From positions 11,231 to 75,230 of the forward strand of contig JAHJBZ010000066.1 of assembly GCA_018813295.1 (NCBI GenBank): a stretch of 64,000 nucleotides of DNA. The letters are read 5' to 3'. The notes beneath the pieces are model-generated. The model was not told the origin of the DNA and made no database searches. It saw only the letters and a program-made list of their open reading frames with translations. Positions 30,301 through 39,394 of the stretch are shown here, piece after piece. The DNA comes from Patescibacteria group bacterium. Lineage in GTDB: Bacteria; Patescibacteriota; Gracilibacteria; UM-FILTER-43-11. The position numbers were made by a program, and so were the translations under genes. Numbering within the stretch: position 1 is the stretch's first letter; every line of letters begins with the position of its first letter.

Positions 30301-30706
30301 CGTAAAATCCATCATGGATTACATAGGCCGCTGGCTTGCTCTTAAATTCTTATCAAAAGATGAAGCAAAGAAATATCACAATGGCGACCTTATAGACCGT
30401 GCGTATAACGAAGGTACAATGTCCATCAAGGGCGTCATGCCAGCTATTAAAAGCACTATCACAATAGGCGAACCACAAGTTAAAGAAAGAGATGATACTG
30501 AAGCAAGGTTAATCCAGGTTCTCGAAAAAGCTAAAATTCAACCAGCTAAAAAAGCAGTAACTGTCGGCGGAGTAAACTCTTATACAACTCCTGTAGCCTA
30601 CCAAAATGACGACGCACCAATGTGCCACAACTGCGGTTCTGTAATGGTGCGTAACGGCAGCTGCTACAAATGTCTGGATTGTGGTGAAACGTCTGGTTGT
30701 AGTTAA
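27398..30706 (+). CDS. nrdJ: Class II (adenosylcobalamin-dependent) ribonucleotide reductase
   Basis: PNSPQWFNTG, HACFI, SGGTTRRAAKM, ASNPCSE, IAPTGTI, SKTINMP, C-terminal TSCPD-like domain and zinc ribbon. Confidence 0.97.
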   Translation: MKKTHPYHGLSVSRFFTAADKNPLKEVEYIKRDCRITKQDGSIVFEMKDFKAPKSWSQNASDIMASKYARKAGVPQYDEDGKPIKDERGNPVLGVEKGADQVIGRMTGCWRMWAEKHGYFDSKQSADAYEAEMNYMLINQMSAPNSPQWFNTGLNSAYGINGPAQGHYYADPKTGKINKSEDAYTHPQPHACFIQSVKDDLVNEGGIMDLWMREARLFKYGSGTGSNFSAVRGEGENLSGGGFSSGLMSFLKIGDRAAGAIKSGGTTRRAAKMVCLDIDHPEIESFINWKVEEEKKVAALIAAGYSSDFNGEAYATVSGQNSNNSVRISNKFMNAVENDEDFDLTSRITGKAFKTVSARKIWKQIGYAAWACADPGLQFDTTINEWHTCPKDGRINASNPCSEYMFLDDTACNLASLNLEKFFDEKTDKFNVEAMRHAIRLWTITLEISVLMAQFPSYEIAKRSYEYRTLGLGYANLGTVLMLLSVPYDSDEGRTIAAALTSILTGASYETSAEMADSYGPFVRYEHNKEDMLRVIRNHKRATYDVPEEEYEDLEVKPVGLKKEHCPKYLHEASCRAWDMALKKGEKFGFRNAQVSVIAPTGTIGLLMDCDTTGIEPDFALVKFKKLAGGGYMKIINQSVPVALKKLNYTTEQIQEILDYIVGKGSLVEAPFINWKTLKKKGLNEDELIKIEKGIKNAFGISMVFNKFIIGEEALERLDINPDIYNDPNFNFLKEIGFTDEEIEAANEFVCGAMTIEGAPYIKEKHLPVFDCANKCGRKGKRFIDYTGHIKMLGATQPFVSGSISKTINMPNEVEVKDVLEAYELSWKLGLKANAIYRDGSKLSQPLNTSSEDKKKEGKGKIEMSEVEITKKPLRRRLSNERQSITHKFSIAGHEGYFTVGLYDDGTPGEFFIKMSKEGSTLSGIMDSLALSISLNLQYGVPLEVLISKFTHSRFEPSGMTTNNEIPIVKSIMDYIGRWLALKFLSKDEAKKYHNGDLIDRAYNEGTMSIKGVMPAIKSTITIGEPQVKERDDTEARLIQVLEKAKIQPAKKAVTVGGVNSYTTPVAYQNDDAPMCHNCGSVMVRNGSCYKCLDCGETSGCS

Positions 30707-30749
30707 TTTTTCATTCAGACAAAAACAAAGTGTATACAGATACAAAAAA

Positions 30750-30790
30750 ACAAGAGCCTTTCTACAAGATCCCGGTAGAAGGGCTCTTGT
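30750..30790 (+). terminator. Hairpin after nrdJ
   Basis: ACAAGAGCCTTTCTAC...GTAGAAGGGCTCTTGT. Confidence 0.75.
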
Positions 30791-30854
30791 GATATATTTG
30801 TAAAGATTCAGGACTCAGCTGTTTCCTGTGTCCTGAATCCTGTATCCTTATGAT

Positions 30855-31619
30855 ATGTACAAAAAAGAATTCCAAATCACAGAGAATGTAAGCAACAACT
30901 CATTTTCATACGACAAGCGCACTAATCCGACAATAACTGTTCCAGATATTGTAGACGGAAGTATTGATGATGTGAAAATCGGAGACAAAATTGTTTTTGA
31001 GGATTTTGATGAAGATGGAAATCTAAAATCATGCACTGGTCTACAAAATTTCATTAGGACAGTTCATCCGACAACAAAAAAACCAGTGATAATTGTTGAT
31101 AATCACAATCATGTTTTTTATTTTTGGTATGAAGCCAGAACAAACGGGCAAATAAATAATGGAGCTACTCTTATACACATCGACCAACACAAAGACATCC
31201 GAAAACCGGCAGAAAAACTAAACAACTCCGACGATTTAAATAGTGTTTTCAAATACACCAACTCTATCTTAAACGTCGGAAACTACATCCCCCCTGCGAT
31301 GGAAGAAGGGCTTGTTAGAAAAGTAATTCCGATCACCAGTGAATCAGAGATAAATAAAAACACCCCCGAAGGCGCGCCGGTCCCCCCTGATAAGGGGGTT
31401 AGGGGGTTTGCGCGCCTTCGGGGAACCGAATCATCGTTAATCGTTAACATTGATCTCGACTTCTGGGCACCGGAAATGGATTATATAGATAATAAATTAA
31501 AAATCGACACTACAAAAAAATGGATGGAAAAAGCCGACCTAATCACAATCGCAACCAGCCCGTTTTTCATAGATCAAGAATTAGCATTAAAAGTTTTAAA
31601 GGAATTACTTTATAATTAG
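30855..31619 (+). CDS. UPF0489 family protein with an in-frame palindromic insertion
   Basis: DNHNH, HIDQHKD, VGNYI, IDLDF, TIATSP. Confidence 0.85.
   Translation: MYKKEFQITENVSNNSFSYDKRTNPTITVPDIVDGSIDDVKIGDKIVFEDFDEDGNLKSCTGLQNFIRTVHPTTKKPVIIVDNHNHVFYFWYEARTNGQINNGATLIHIDQHKDIRKPAEKLNNSDDLNSVFKYTNSILNVGNYIPPAMEEGLVRKVIPITSESEINKNTPEGAPVPPDKGVRGFARLRGTESSLIVNIDLDFWAPEMDYIDNKLKIDTTKKWMEKADLITIATSPFFIDQELALKVLKELLYN
31364..31423. repeat. GC-rich palindromic element inside the CDS
   Basis: 14-bp perfect IR CCCCGAAGGCGCGC/GCGCGCCTTCGGGG around TCCCCCCTGATAAGGGGGTTAGGGGG; the core recurs intergenically near 39313-39360. Confidence 0.85.
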
Positions 31620-31664
31620 CTTAATCCTTAAGACTTAATCCTTAAGACTTAATCCTTAAGACTT

Positions 31665-33155
31665 ATGAAATTCCCATTCACAAAAAACGAAATCTTTTTC
31701 GCCGCAGTTTACTTTGTACAAGCAGCTGTCGGAATTTCCGCCCTCGCTCAATTCTTATTTACGCGCAATGAACTCGGTTTGAGTTTTATTGAACTTGGGA
31801 TATTGGCAGCACTTCCAACAATCTCCTGGAGCATAAAACCGATTTATGGATTTTTAACGGATTTAGTACCAATTTACGGATACAGACGCAGGCCATATTT
31901 GCATATAATGCCGCTAATAACAATGCTCAGCTGGCTTTGGATTTGGCAATTTGCAGACTCTTTTATCAGTTATGCCATTCCAATTATGATTGCGAATATC
32001 GGACTCGGATTTACCGATGTAATTGCAGACGGACTGGTTGTTCAGCAATCAGATGAAAAAACTGCCGGCCGATATCAGTCCATCTGTTGGGGGTCGCTAA
32101 CCGTTGGCGCAATTATCACAACATTCCTTTCCGGGCTTTTAATCGGACGAGATATTGTCAGCATAAAAGGCATGTTCCTGATCACTGCATTAATACCACT
32201 TATCACATTTACACTTTCTTTCTTTATTAAAGAAAGACGTATATCCGATCGTTCTGAACTTAAAACCCATAAAGCAATAAGTCCAAGTTATATTTATACA
32301 GCTGTGTTAGCTTTTATTGTAACAATAGTTTTACTTTCTCCATATGAAGGCCAAAACATGGCCACTGCATCCTTTGGTGTCATAGGAATTTGGTTCGTAT
32401 GGTTTGGCGGATACTTCAAACACCTTATGGATATTAAAATTATCGGCAAAAGTATATTTGCGGCCGCAATATTTATATTCTTCTGGCGTTTCACGCCAAG
32501 TTTCGGTGCACCATGGTCGGACTACCTCCTCAATCAAGTTGGCGTAGACCAGGAAACTTTTGGTTACTTTGGGGTGGTTAGTTATATAGGTTGGTTAATT
32601 GGATCAATATTATTTGCGAAATATTTTGATAAATTTAACCTAAAAAAAGTTTTACTTTGGACAATTGTATTGAGTGCCATTTTAGGGCTCAGCCAACTGG
32701 GACTTACAAAGATTGAACTTGGAAATGCGATTGGCAGTAACGTAATTATTAAATACGTAGGAGCTGTAATCTCAGCCCCTGTATTCCTTATCGCACAAGG
32801 AAGAGATTTTTGGACTCACTTGATGCAGTACGATGGTTTAATTTTCCTGAATTTCTTCCTCGACTTCTTCCTTGGAATTTTATATATGATTTCATTCCTC
32901 GCACTTCTAAAATTTGTTGCACTTAGCACACCAAGGAATCTGGAAGGAACAAACTTTGCCGTATTCGCATCCATTATGAACTTTGGACTTGTATTTGGAT
33001 CGATTAGCGGAGGATACATTTACGAACATATTCAACATGGTATGTTTGGAATAAACGGTCTTCAAATCACCGTACTCCTCGGCGCCATAACCTCCCTCAT
33101 CGCCCTAATTGTTTTGCCATGGATTAAGACAGATCATATGGCACACGAATCTTAA
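31665..33155 (+). CDS. MFS transporter, BT1 folate/biopterin family
   Basis: WSIKPIYGFLTD..PIYGYRRRPY, DVIAD, QS.CWG, EGT.FA. Confidence 0.88.
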   Translation: MKFPFTKNEIFFAAVYFVQAAVGISALAQFLFTRNELGLSFIELGILAALPTISWSIKPIYGFLTDLVPIYGYRRRPYLHIMPLITMLSWLWIWQFADSFISYAIPIMIANIGLGFTDVIADGLVVQQSDEKTAGRYQSICWGSLTVGAIITTFLSGLLIGRDIVSIKGMFLITALIPLITFTLSFFIKERRISDRSELKTHKAISPSYIYTAVLAFIVTIVLLSPYEGQNMATASFGVIGIWFVWFGGYFKHLMDIKIIGKSIFAAAIFIFFWRFTPSFGAPWSDYLLNQVGVDQETFGYFGVVSYIGWLIGSILFAKYFDKFNLKKVLLWTIVLSAILGLSQLGLTKIELGNAIGSNVIIKYVGAVISAPVFLIAQGRDFWTHLMQYDGLIFLNFFLDFFLGILYMISFLALLKFVALSTPRNLEGTNFAVFASIMNFGLVFGSISGGYIYEHIQHGMFGINGLQITVLLGAITSLIALIVLPWIKTDHMAHES

Positions 33156-33157
33156 AA

Positions 33158-33237
33158 CGAATAGTAGCTCGTATTGTAGTCCACTATTCGAGCCACAACT
33201 TGAGCCACCATTCGAGCCATCCGCCGCAGGCGGGGAT
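33158..33237. repeat. Inverted 12-mer array (CGAATAGTAGCT / CACAATNCGAGC family)
   Basis: Same family at 47383-47476 and 54523-54568. Confidence 0.85.
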
Positions 33238-33238
33238 C

Positions 33239-34006
33239 TTATTTATCCCCCAATCTCTTTAAAGCTCTCAAAGCCTCGATCGGCATCATCCAGATTGTTG
33301 TATTTGATTGATCGGAAGAAAGATCATTAATAGTTTGCAATGTGCGAAGATGTAAGGCGCCATCTGCCTCAGAAAGAGTCTTGGCAGCTTTTTTCATATT
33401 CTCGGCAGCAGCCACCTCACCTTCTGCCTTAATAATAACAGCTCTTTTTTCACGTTCAGCTTCGGCCTCTTTCGCCATTGTTCTTTTCATGTTATCGGGC
33501 AAACCGATATCCTTTAATTCCACAGCTTCAACTTTTATCCCCCAGGGATCACTGGCTTTATCTACAATTATTTGAATACGACCAGCAATCTCATCACGAT
33601 TGCGAAGAAGCTCATCAAGCGTAGTCTCACCAACTGCATTACGCATCGTAGTTTGAGCAAGCTGACTAACTGCAAAATAAAAATTTTCAACCTCGATAAT
33701 AGATTTTGCAGCATCACTAACCTTATAATAGATAACCGCATTAATACGAATGGAAATGTTATCTTTTGTAATTGCCTCTTGATCAGGTACATCAACTACC
33801 TTTGTACGAAGATCAACCTTAATCATTCTCTGAAAAACAGGAATAACAATTCGCCAACCGGGATTTTTCATTCCGGAATATTTTCCTAACGTAAACATCA
33901 CACCTCGCTGATATTCATTTACCTGCTTGATCAAAATCACAATTAAAATAATGAGGGGCACAGCCAATGTACTCAGCATAGAAAAGAGAAATGCAAAATC
34001 ATCCAT
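33239..34006 (-). CDS. SPFH/stomatin-like (slipin) protein
   Basis: VNEYQRGV, VDLRT, ITKDN, AQTTMR, PWGIKV, AEAERE, LRTLQT. Confidence 0.95.
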   Translation of the reverse strand: MDDFAFLFSMLSTLAVPLIILIVILIKQVNEYQRGVMFTLGKYSGMKNPGWRIVIPVFQRMIKVDLRTKVVDVPDQEAITKDNISIRINAVIYYKVSDAAKSIIEVENFYFAVSQLAQTTMRNAVGETTLDELLRNRDEIAGRIQIIVDKASDPWGIKVEAVELKDIGLPDNMKRTMAKEAEAEREKRAVIIKAEGEVAAAENMKKAAKTLSEADGALHLRTLQTINDLSSDQSNTTIWMMPIEALRALKRLGDK

Positions 34007-34129
34007 GATAATAAAATTAAAAAATAAACTGCTTCTCAGTTTAACGAATCTTTTTTTTAAAAGCGAGAAGAGATTTGACGATTATTTAATAAGCTATATC
34101 ATTAAATAGTAAATAATAGATTAATATCC

Positions 34130-35761
34130 ATGCCTCAATGCACAACTTGCTCCAATTCATTTGAAACCCGAGATGCAGATCGTACGTTCTACAAAAAATT
34201 TGATGCACCGGATCCCAAAAAATGCCCGGACTGCCGTTTGCAGCAACGATTAAATTTTCGTAATGAACGTACTCTCTACAAACGTACCAGTAATCTTTCC
34301 GGAAAAAGTATGATCTCCATTTATTCTCCGGAAAGCAAATATCAAATATATAGTACTGACGAATGGTGGAGTGACAAATGGGATGGCCTGAACTACGGAC
34401 GAGAATTTAATTTCAGCAGGCCTTTCTTTGAGCAGTTCCAAGATTTACTATTAAGAATACCTCGCATTACCCTTTTTAATGTAAACCCAACCAACAGTGA
34501 ATACTGCCAACAGGCTTATAACAACAAAGGATGTCATTTATGTATGGTGGTAACAGATTGTGAAGATTGCATGTATATCTCTCATACCAACCACGCTAAA
34601 GATTCCTTTGATTCAACATACACGCATCACATGGAATTATGTTATGAATGCTTAGATAGCAACCAGCTATATGGATGTATAGAATGCCAGAGTTGCCAGG
34701 GCTCAAACGGACTTATGTATTGTTACGATTGTATTGGATGCAGAGATTGTTTTGGTAGCTGGGGACTGCGTAACAAAGAAAATTACATTTTTAATAAACG
34801 CTATTCAAAAGAAGAATATAAAGAAAAAATAAATTCACTTGAATTAGGTAAATCACCTAATTATCTAGAATACAAAAAATACTTTCAGGATTTGATGAAA
34901 ACTCGGGTACACCGGGCTAGCCGAAATATTAATATTTTTGACTCAACTGGAAACTACCTGATCAATGCGCAAAACTGTCATGAATGTTTTGATTCATTTC
35001 AAATTCAAGACTGCGCGTATTGCACATGGATTTTTGAAAGCAATAACTGCCAGGATGTATATGGACTTGGTGGTAGTGGATGGGTATATAACTGTCTTGG
35101 AAATGAGAAGGTGAACAATGTAGCTTTCAATACTTTTGTTTCTGATGGTGGAGATATTTATTACAGCGATCTTTGTTTTTATTCTATGAATTTATTTGGC
35201 TGTGCTGGATTAAGGAACAAAAAACATTGTATTTTTAATAAGCAATATTCACCGGAAGAATATGAAAAATTAAGAGCTCAGATAATCGAACATATGAAAA
35301 AAACAGGTGAATGGGGTGAGTTTTTCCCGGTTTCACTTTCACCTTTTGCATACAACGAGACCGCCGCTCAAAATTATTTCCCATTAACAAAAGAGGAGGC
35401 AGAAAAACAGGGATTTGCATGGAAAACTTCAAAGGAAATTGATCAAAAAGAGCAAATATATAAAATACCGGAAGATATTAAAGACGTTCAGGATGACATC
35501 ACTGAAAATATTGTGGTTTGCTCATGCAATAAGCGTTATCAAATCGATCCAGTGGAATTAAAGTTTTATAAAGAAAAGAATATTCCTATTCCACTCAAAT
35601 GTCATGACTGCCGTTACGCAGATCGTTTAAAGCTGAGAAACCCACGAAAACTATACAAACGAAATTGTGCCAAATGTAATGCCGAAATTCAGACAACTTA
35701 TGCGCCGGATAGACCGGAAGTGATATACTGCGAGCAGTGCTATTTAAAAGAAGTGGATTAA
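34130..35761 (+). CDS. Cys-rich CPR-type protein of unknown function (paralogue 1)
   Basis: Terminal CxxC knuckles, RNERTLY, WWSD.W, Cys-periodic core, GEWGEFFP..SPFAYNET. Confidence 0.85.
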   Translation: MPQCTTCSNSFETRDADRTFYKKFDAPDPKKCPDCRLQQRLNFRNERTLYKRTSNLSGKSMISIYSPESKYQIYSTDEWWSDKWDGLNYGREFNFSRPFFEQFQDLLLRIPRITLFNVNPTNSEYCQQAYNNKGCHLCMVVTDCEDCMYISHTNHAKDSFDSTYTHHMELCYECLDSNQLYGCIECQSCQGSNGLMYCYDCIGCRDCFGSWGLRNKENYIFNKRYSKEEYKEKINSLELGKSPNYLEYKKYFQDLMKTRVHRASRNINIFDSTGNYLINAQNCHECFDSFQIQDCAYCTWIFESNNCQDVYGLGGSGWVYNCLGNEKVNNVAFNTFVSDGGDIYYSDLCFYSMNLFGCAGLRNKKHCIFNKQYSPEEYEKLRAQIIEHMKKTGEWGEFFPVSLSPFAYNETAAQNYFPLTKEEAEKQGFAWKTSKEIDQKEQIYKIPEDIKDVQDDITENIVVCSCNKRYQIDPVELKFYKEKNIPIPLKCHDCRYADRLKLRNPRKLYKRNCAKCNAEIQTTYAPDRPEVIYCEQCYLKEVD

Positions 35762-35844
35762 TTTCTGCCTACGGCGGAGACCTAATTGGTGACCTAATAG
35801 GTGTACACCAATAAGGCCACCAATTAGGCCACCCATTAGAAATT

Positions 35845-37476
35845 ATGAAAAACTGTAAAAACTGCACCACCGAATTCGAAATAGCAGAACAGGATCGTAA
35901 ATATTACGAAAAAATTAACGTGCCCGAACCTACACACTGCCCAACATGCCGCCAACAACGGAGGTATGCAATTCGCAATGAAAGAAATCTATACAAAAGA
36001 AAATGTGGCATGTGTAATAAGGAATTGGTATCGATGTATTCCCCAGACAAACCATTCCCTATTTACTGCCCAAGCTGTTGGTGGGAGGGTGATTGGCATG
36101 GGACTAGCTACGCACAGGAATTTGATTTTAGTAGACCCTTTTTTGATCAGTTTAGAGATTTACAAAACAAAGTTCCACGAATCAGTTTGTATTTAGTTAA
36201 TTCGGAAAATTGTGACTACTGCAACTTTGTTGGTGACTGCAAAAATTGTTATTTAACGTTCGGATCTGTTTATTCAGAAGATTGTTTATACGGTTCTGCA
36301 TACTATTCAAAAAACTGCATGGACAATTTGGTGACCAGAGAATGTGAACTATGTTATGAGTGCACGGACAGCAGAAAATTATATAACTGTTTGTATTGCC
36401 AGGACTGCTATCATTCAGATCATCTGCTTTTTTGTTATGACCTGCAGGGGTGTAGTGAGTGTATTGCATGTGCGGGGCTAAGAAATAAAAAATATCACAT
36501 CGAAAATAAGCCTTATTCAAAAGAGGAATATGAAGCAATCAAATCTAAAATAAATTTTTGCAGCTCAAAGCAATTAGAAGGTGTACATGAGCAGCTAAAG
36601 AAGATGAAATTGGAAATTCCACATCATTTTATGCCAAATAGCAACGTACAAAACGTAAGCGGTACTCATATTTACAATTCAAAAAACACCCACCACTCAT
36701 TTTATGTAGATAGATGTGAAGACTGTGCATACTGCATGCAGGTTGTAGACTTAAAAGATTGCTACGACAACAATTACACCGAAGAAAATGAATTGTGTTA
36801 TGAATATCTTGGAATGTATGGGGCGAAAAATACTTTTTACTCAACTTTCTCCAGACATTCATACGATGTTTTTTATTCTGAATACACTATTAACGCCAAA
36901 AATTTATTTGGATGTAGCAATATTCACAAAAAGGACTTTTGTATTTTGAACAAGCCTTACTCAGAAGAAGAATATAAAGAACTTGTTCCAAAAATAATCG
37001 ACCATATGAAGGAAGCCGGTGAATGGGGAGAATTTTTTCCTATAAGCCACTCACCATTCGCATACAACGAAACAGTTGCGCAAGAATATTTCCCAATGGA
37101 AAAGGGGGGAGCCACTGGCAAGGGTTACAAGTGGAAAGACCCAGACCAAAAAGAATGCCAACCTCAAACAACCGAAGTTCCTGTAGAGATTAAAGATGTT
37201 CAGGATTCAATTTTAAATGAAGTTTTAGCTTGCAGCGACTGCAAAAAAAATTACAAAATAATTTCGCAGGAATTAAAATTTTATCGCAATATACACCTGC
37301 CTATTCCAAAAAAATGCCCCGACTGCAGACATAAAAACAGACTCTCGCTCCGCAATCCTCGCAAACTATTCAGCAGGCAGTGTAATAAGTGTAATACAGA
37401 TATTCAGACAACTTATGCACCAGACAGACCGGAGAAAGTTTATTGTGAAAAATGCTATCACGAATCGGTATACTAA
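35845..37476 (+). CDS. Cys-rich CPR-type protein of unknown function (paralogue 2)
   Basis: Same architecture and length (543 aa) as 34130-35761. Confidence 0.85.
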   Translation: MKNCKNCTTEFEIAEQDRKYYEKINVPEPTHCPTCRQQRRYAIRNERNLYKRKCGMCNKELVSMYSPDKPFPIYCPSCWWEGDWHGTSYAQEFDFSRPFFDQFRDLQNKVPRISLYLVNSENCDYCNFVGDCKNCYLTFGSVYSEDCLYGSAYYSKNCMDNLVTRECELCYECTDSRKLYNCLYCQDCYHSDHLLFCYDLQGCSECIACAGLRNKKYHIENKPYSKEEYEAIKSKINFCSSKQLEGVHEQLKKMKLEIPHHFMPNSNVQNVSGTHIYNSKNTHHSFYVDRCEDCAYCMQVVDLKDCYDNNYTEENELCYEYLGMYGAKNTFYSTFSRHSYDVFYSEYTINAKNLFGCSNIHKKDFCILNKPYSEEEYKELVPKIIDHMKEAGEWGEFFPISHSPFAYNETVAQEYFPMEKGGATGKGYKWKDPDQKECQPQTTEVPVEIKDVQDSILNEVLACSDCKKNYKIISQELKFYRNIHLPIPKKCPDCRHKNRLSLRNPRKLFSRQCNKCNTDIQTTYAPDRPEKVYCEKCYHESVY

Positions 37477-37564
37477 TGGATAAACTAATTGTAGGACTAA
37501 TGGTCGGACTAATCGATAAGTTCATCAATAGTACATCAATTAGTCCACCAATAAGTCCCCCAAT

Positions 37565-39295
37565 ATGAACTTTGTTACAACCCCAAACACCACCAAACAA
37601 ATTGACCTCCTTCTAATCAATCCCGACTTCTCAAAAAATGAGTTAGGTGTTACATCAGCTCCGGAAAATCATTTAGGACTTAATAGGTTGGCGGGGTATT
37701 TGGCAAAAAAGGGACACAAGTGTGCAGTGATCGACACAACTGGACGTGAGAGCGGAACAAGTGGACCGGAAAATTTAGGTAAATGGATCGCAGACCACGC
37801 GCAGGAATACAAATCAATCGGATTCCATACAAATTCCTGGAACATAAATCATATTCTCCGTGCACTTAACGAGTGCAGATCTGCATTGAAAAACAAAAAA
37901 GTTTTATTTGGAGGACCGCTTGCAAGTTCTGAGCCAAAAAAAATGACTGAGCTTTTAATGGAGTCCGGACTCCAAAACATTGGAGTTGTGGAAGGACTCG
38001 GGGAAAAGATTACAGACGAAATTTTGAATAAAAATAACCTGTCGGACGTAAATGGACTCTGGTGTTTTGAGAATGGAAAGTTTAAAGAGGGTGAAAAAGT
38101 GGCCCTAACACAAGAGGAATTCGAAGGCACCCCATTTCTTGATCTTGAATACAATACTTTTTACCAAAATTACTACAAACCGGTAATCGAAAGTGGTGAT
38201 TTGGATAATTTCAGCATGGAAATTATTTTCGGTTCACAGGGGCTGGATGTAAACCGCGGCTGCCCTTTCAAATGCACCTATTGTTCGGTACCGCAATATG
38301 AAAGAAAGCTAATTACCTACTCACCAAAAAGGGTTGTTGATGAATTGGAATACCTAGCCAAAGAAGCAGGGTTTTTCATGTTCACTTTCACCAACTCAAA
38401 CATAATGTTTTATGACCAGTTATGGATTCAGGAGTTCTGCCGGGAAGTTATCGGGAGAGGAATGAACGATTATATAAATTGGACCGCATATCATCACCCA
38501 AGCATCATTGCGAAACTCCCGTTATCCGATTTCAACCTAATGAGAAAAGCTGGATCGGATAATATTGTATTCGGAATACAGAGTTTTGAAGAAAAAATCT
38601 TAAAACTTTTTATGCGGCCGCTGAATACCAGAGAGCTAACAGAAGTAATCAGAGAAAAAACCTTAAACTCCAAACAATATTTAACCGTAGACTACATAAC
38701 AGGCGTACCAGGGGAAGATTTGGACGTGATAGAAGATGCATTTAACTACTTTATCGACAACGAAATTGAATGTCGCAACTATCAGCTGAAGTTTTACCCA
38801 AATACAAAACTGCCAACTATGGATTTGGACATGTCGGATCATGATTTGGTACCAATAACAGGAGAACTTGCACCGGAATTAAATGCATATGCAATAGTTT
38901 CAAAGCATCCAAACCCAAAAGCAGCAAAATTGGACGGGATGTTACGTGAGGCAAATGAAGATTTAACAAAAAACCGCCCACCAAGACTTGGAAAATATAT
39001 TGTCGACTCCGCGGAAACCGCAAAAATGCTGTACGAAAAAGAAATTCCAGACAATCCAAACATTCCGGATAAAGTAAAACGCGCCATGCGCATCGCACTT
39101 CACGAAATGCTCAATCCAAAAAAACGTGAGCAGACTTTGGAAGGGCTGGATCCAATGGAAATGATGAAAAAGGTAATAATGGCAGGAAACGACGCCCCGC
39201 CAATGGTTAAAGCAATGCAGGAGAAATTGAAAAATGAATTAGGAGAAGGAAAATTTAAGGAATTAAGAGATAAATACGGACAAAATGGTATTTAA
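37565..39295 (+). CDS. Cobalamin-binding radical SAM protein
   Basis: N-terminal B12-binding-like domain (HLGLNRLAGYL, GGP), RGCPFKCTYC, GIQS, ITGVPGE. Confidence 0.88.
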   Translation: MNFVTTPNTTKQIDLLLINPDFSKNELGVTSAPENHLGLNRLAGYLAKKGHKCAVIDTTGRESGTSGPENLGKWIADHAQEYKSIGFHTNSWNINHILRALNECRSALKNKKVLFGGPLASSEPKKMTELLMESGLQNIGVVEGLGEKITDEILNKNNLSDVNGLWCFENGKFKEGEKVALTQEEFEGTPFLDLEYNTFYQNYYKPVIESGDLDNFSMEIIFGSQGLDVNRGCPFKCTYCSVPQYERKLITYSPKRVVDELEYLAKEAGFFMFTFTNSNIMFYDQLWIQEFCREVIGRGMNDYINWTAYHHPSIIAKLPLSDFNLMRKAGSDNIVFGIQSFEEKILKLFMRPLNTRELTEVIREKTLNSKQYLTVDYITGVPGEDLDVIEDAFNYFIDNEIECRNYQLKFYPNTKLPTMDLDMSDHDLVPITGELAPELNAYAIVSKHPNPKAAKLDGMLREANEDLTKNRPPRLGKYIVDSAETAKMLYEKEIPDNPNIPDKVKRAMRIALHEMLNPKKREQTLEGLDPMEMMKKVIMAGNDAPPMVKAMQEKLKNELGEGKFKELRDKYGQNGI

Positions 39296-39394
39296 CAAAA
39301 AGGCGGGAATGGTTCCCCCTGCCTGCCCCGCAACGGCGGTGGATAAGGGGGTTAGGGGGTTCTCACCTTTTGCTTAATTCTTAAGACTTACTCC

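Noticed and set aside
27398..30706. Intein or intron in nrdJ
   Set aside because: The ORF is continuous, with no intein splice motifs or homing endonuclease segment evident
34130..37476. Diversity-generating retroelement TR/VR pair between the two Cys-rich paralogues
   Set aside because: Similarity extends over whole proteins, differences are not adenine-specific, and there is no reverse transcriptase in the window
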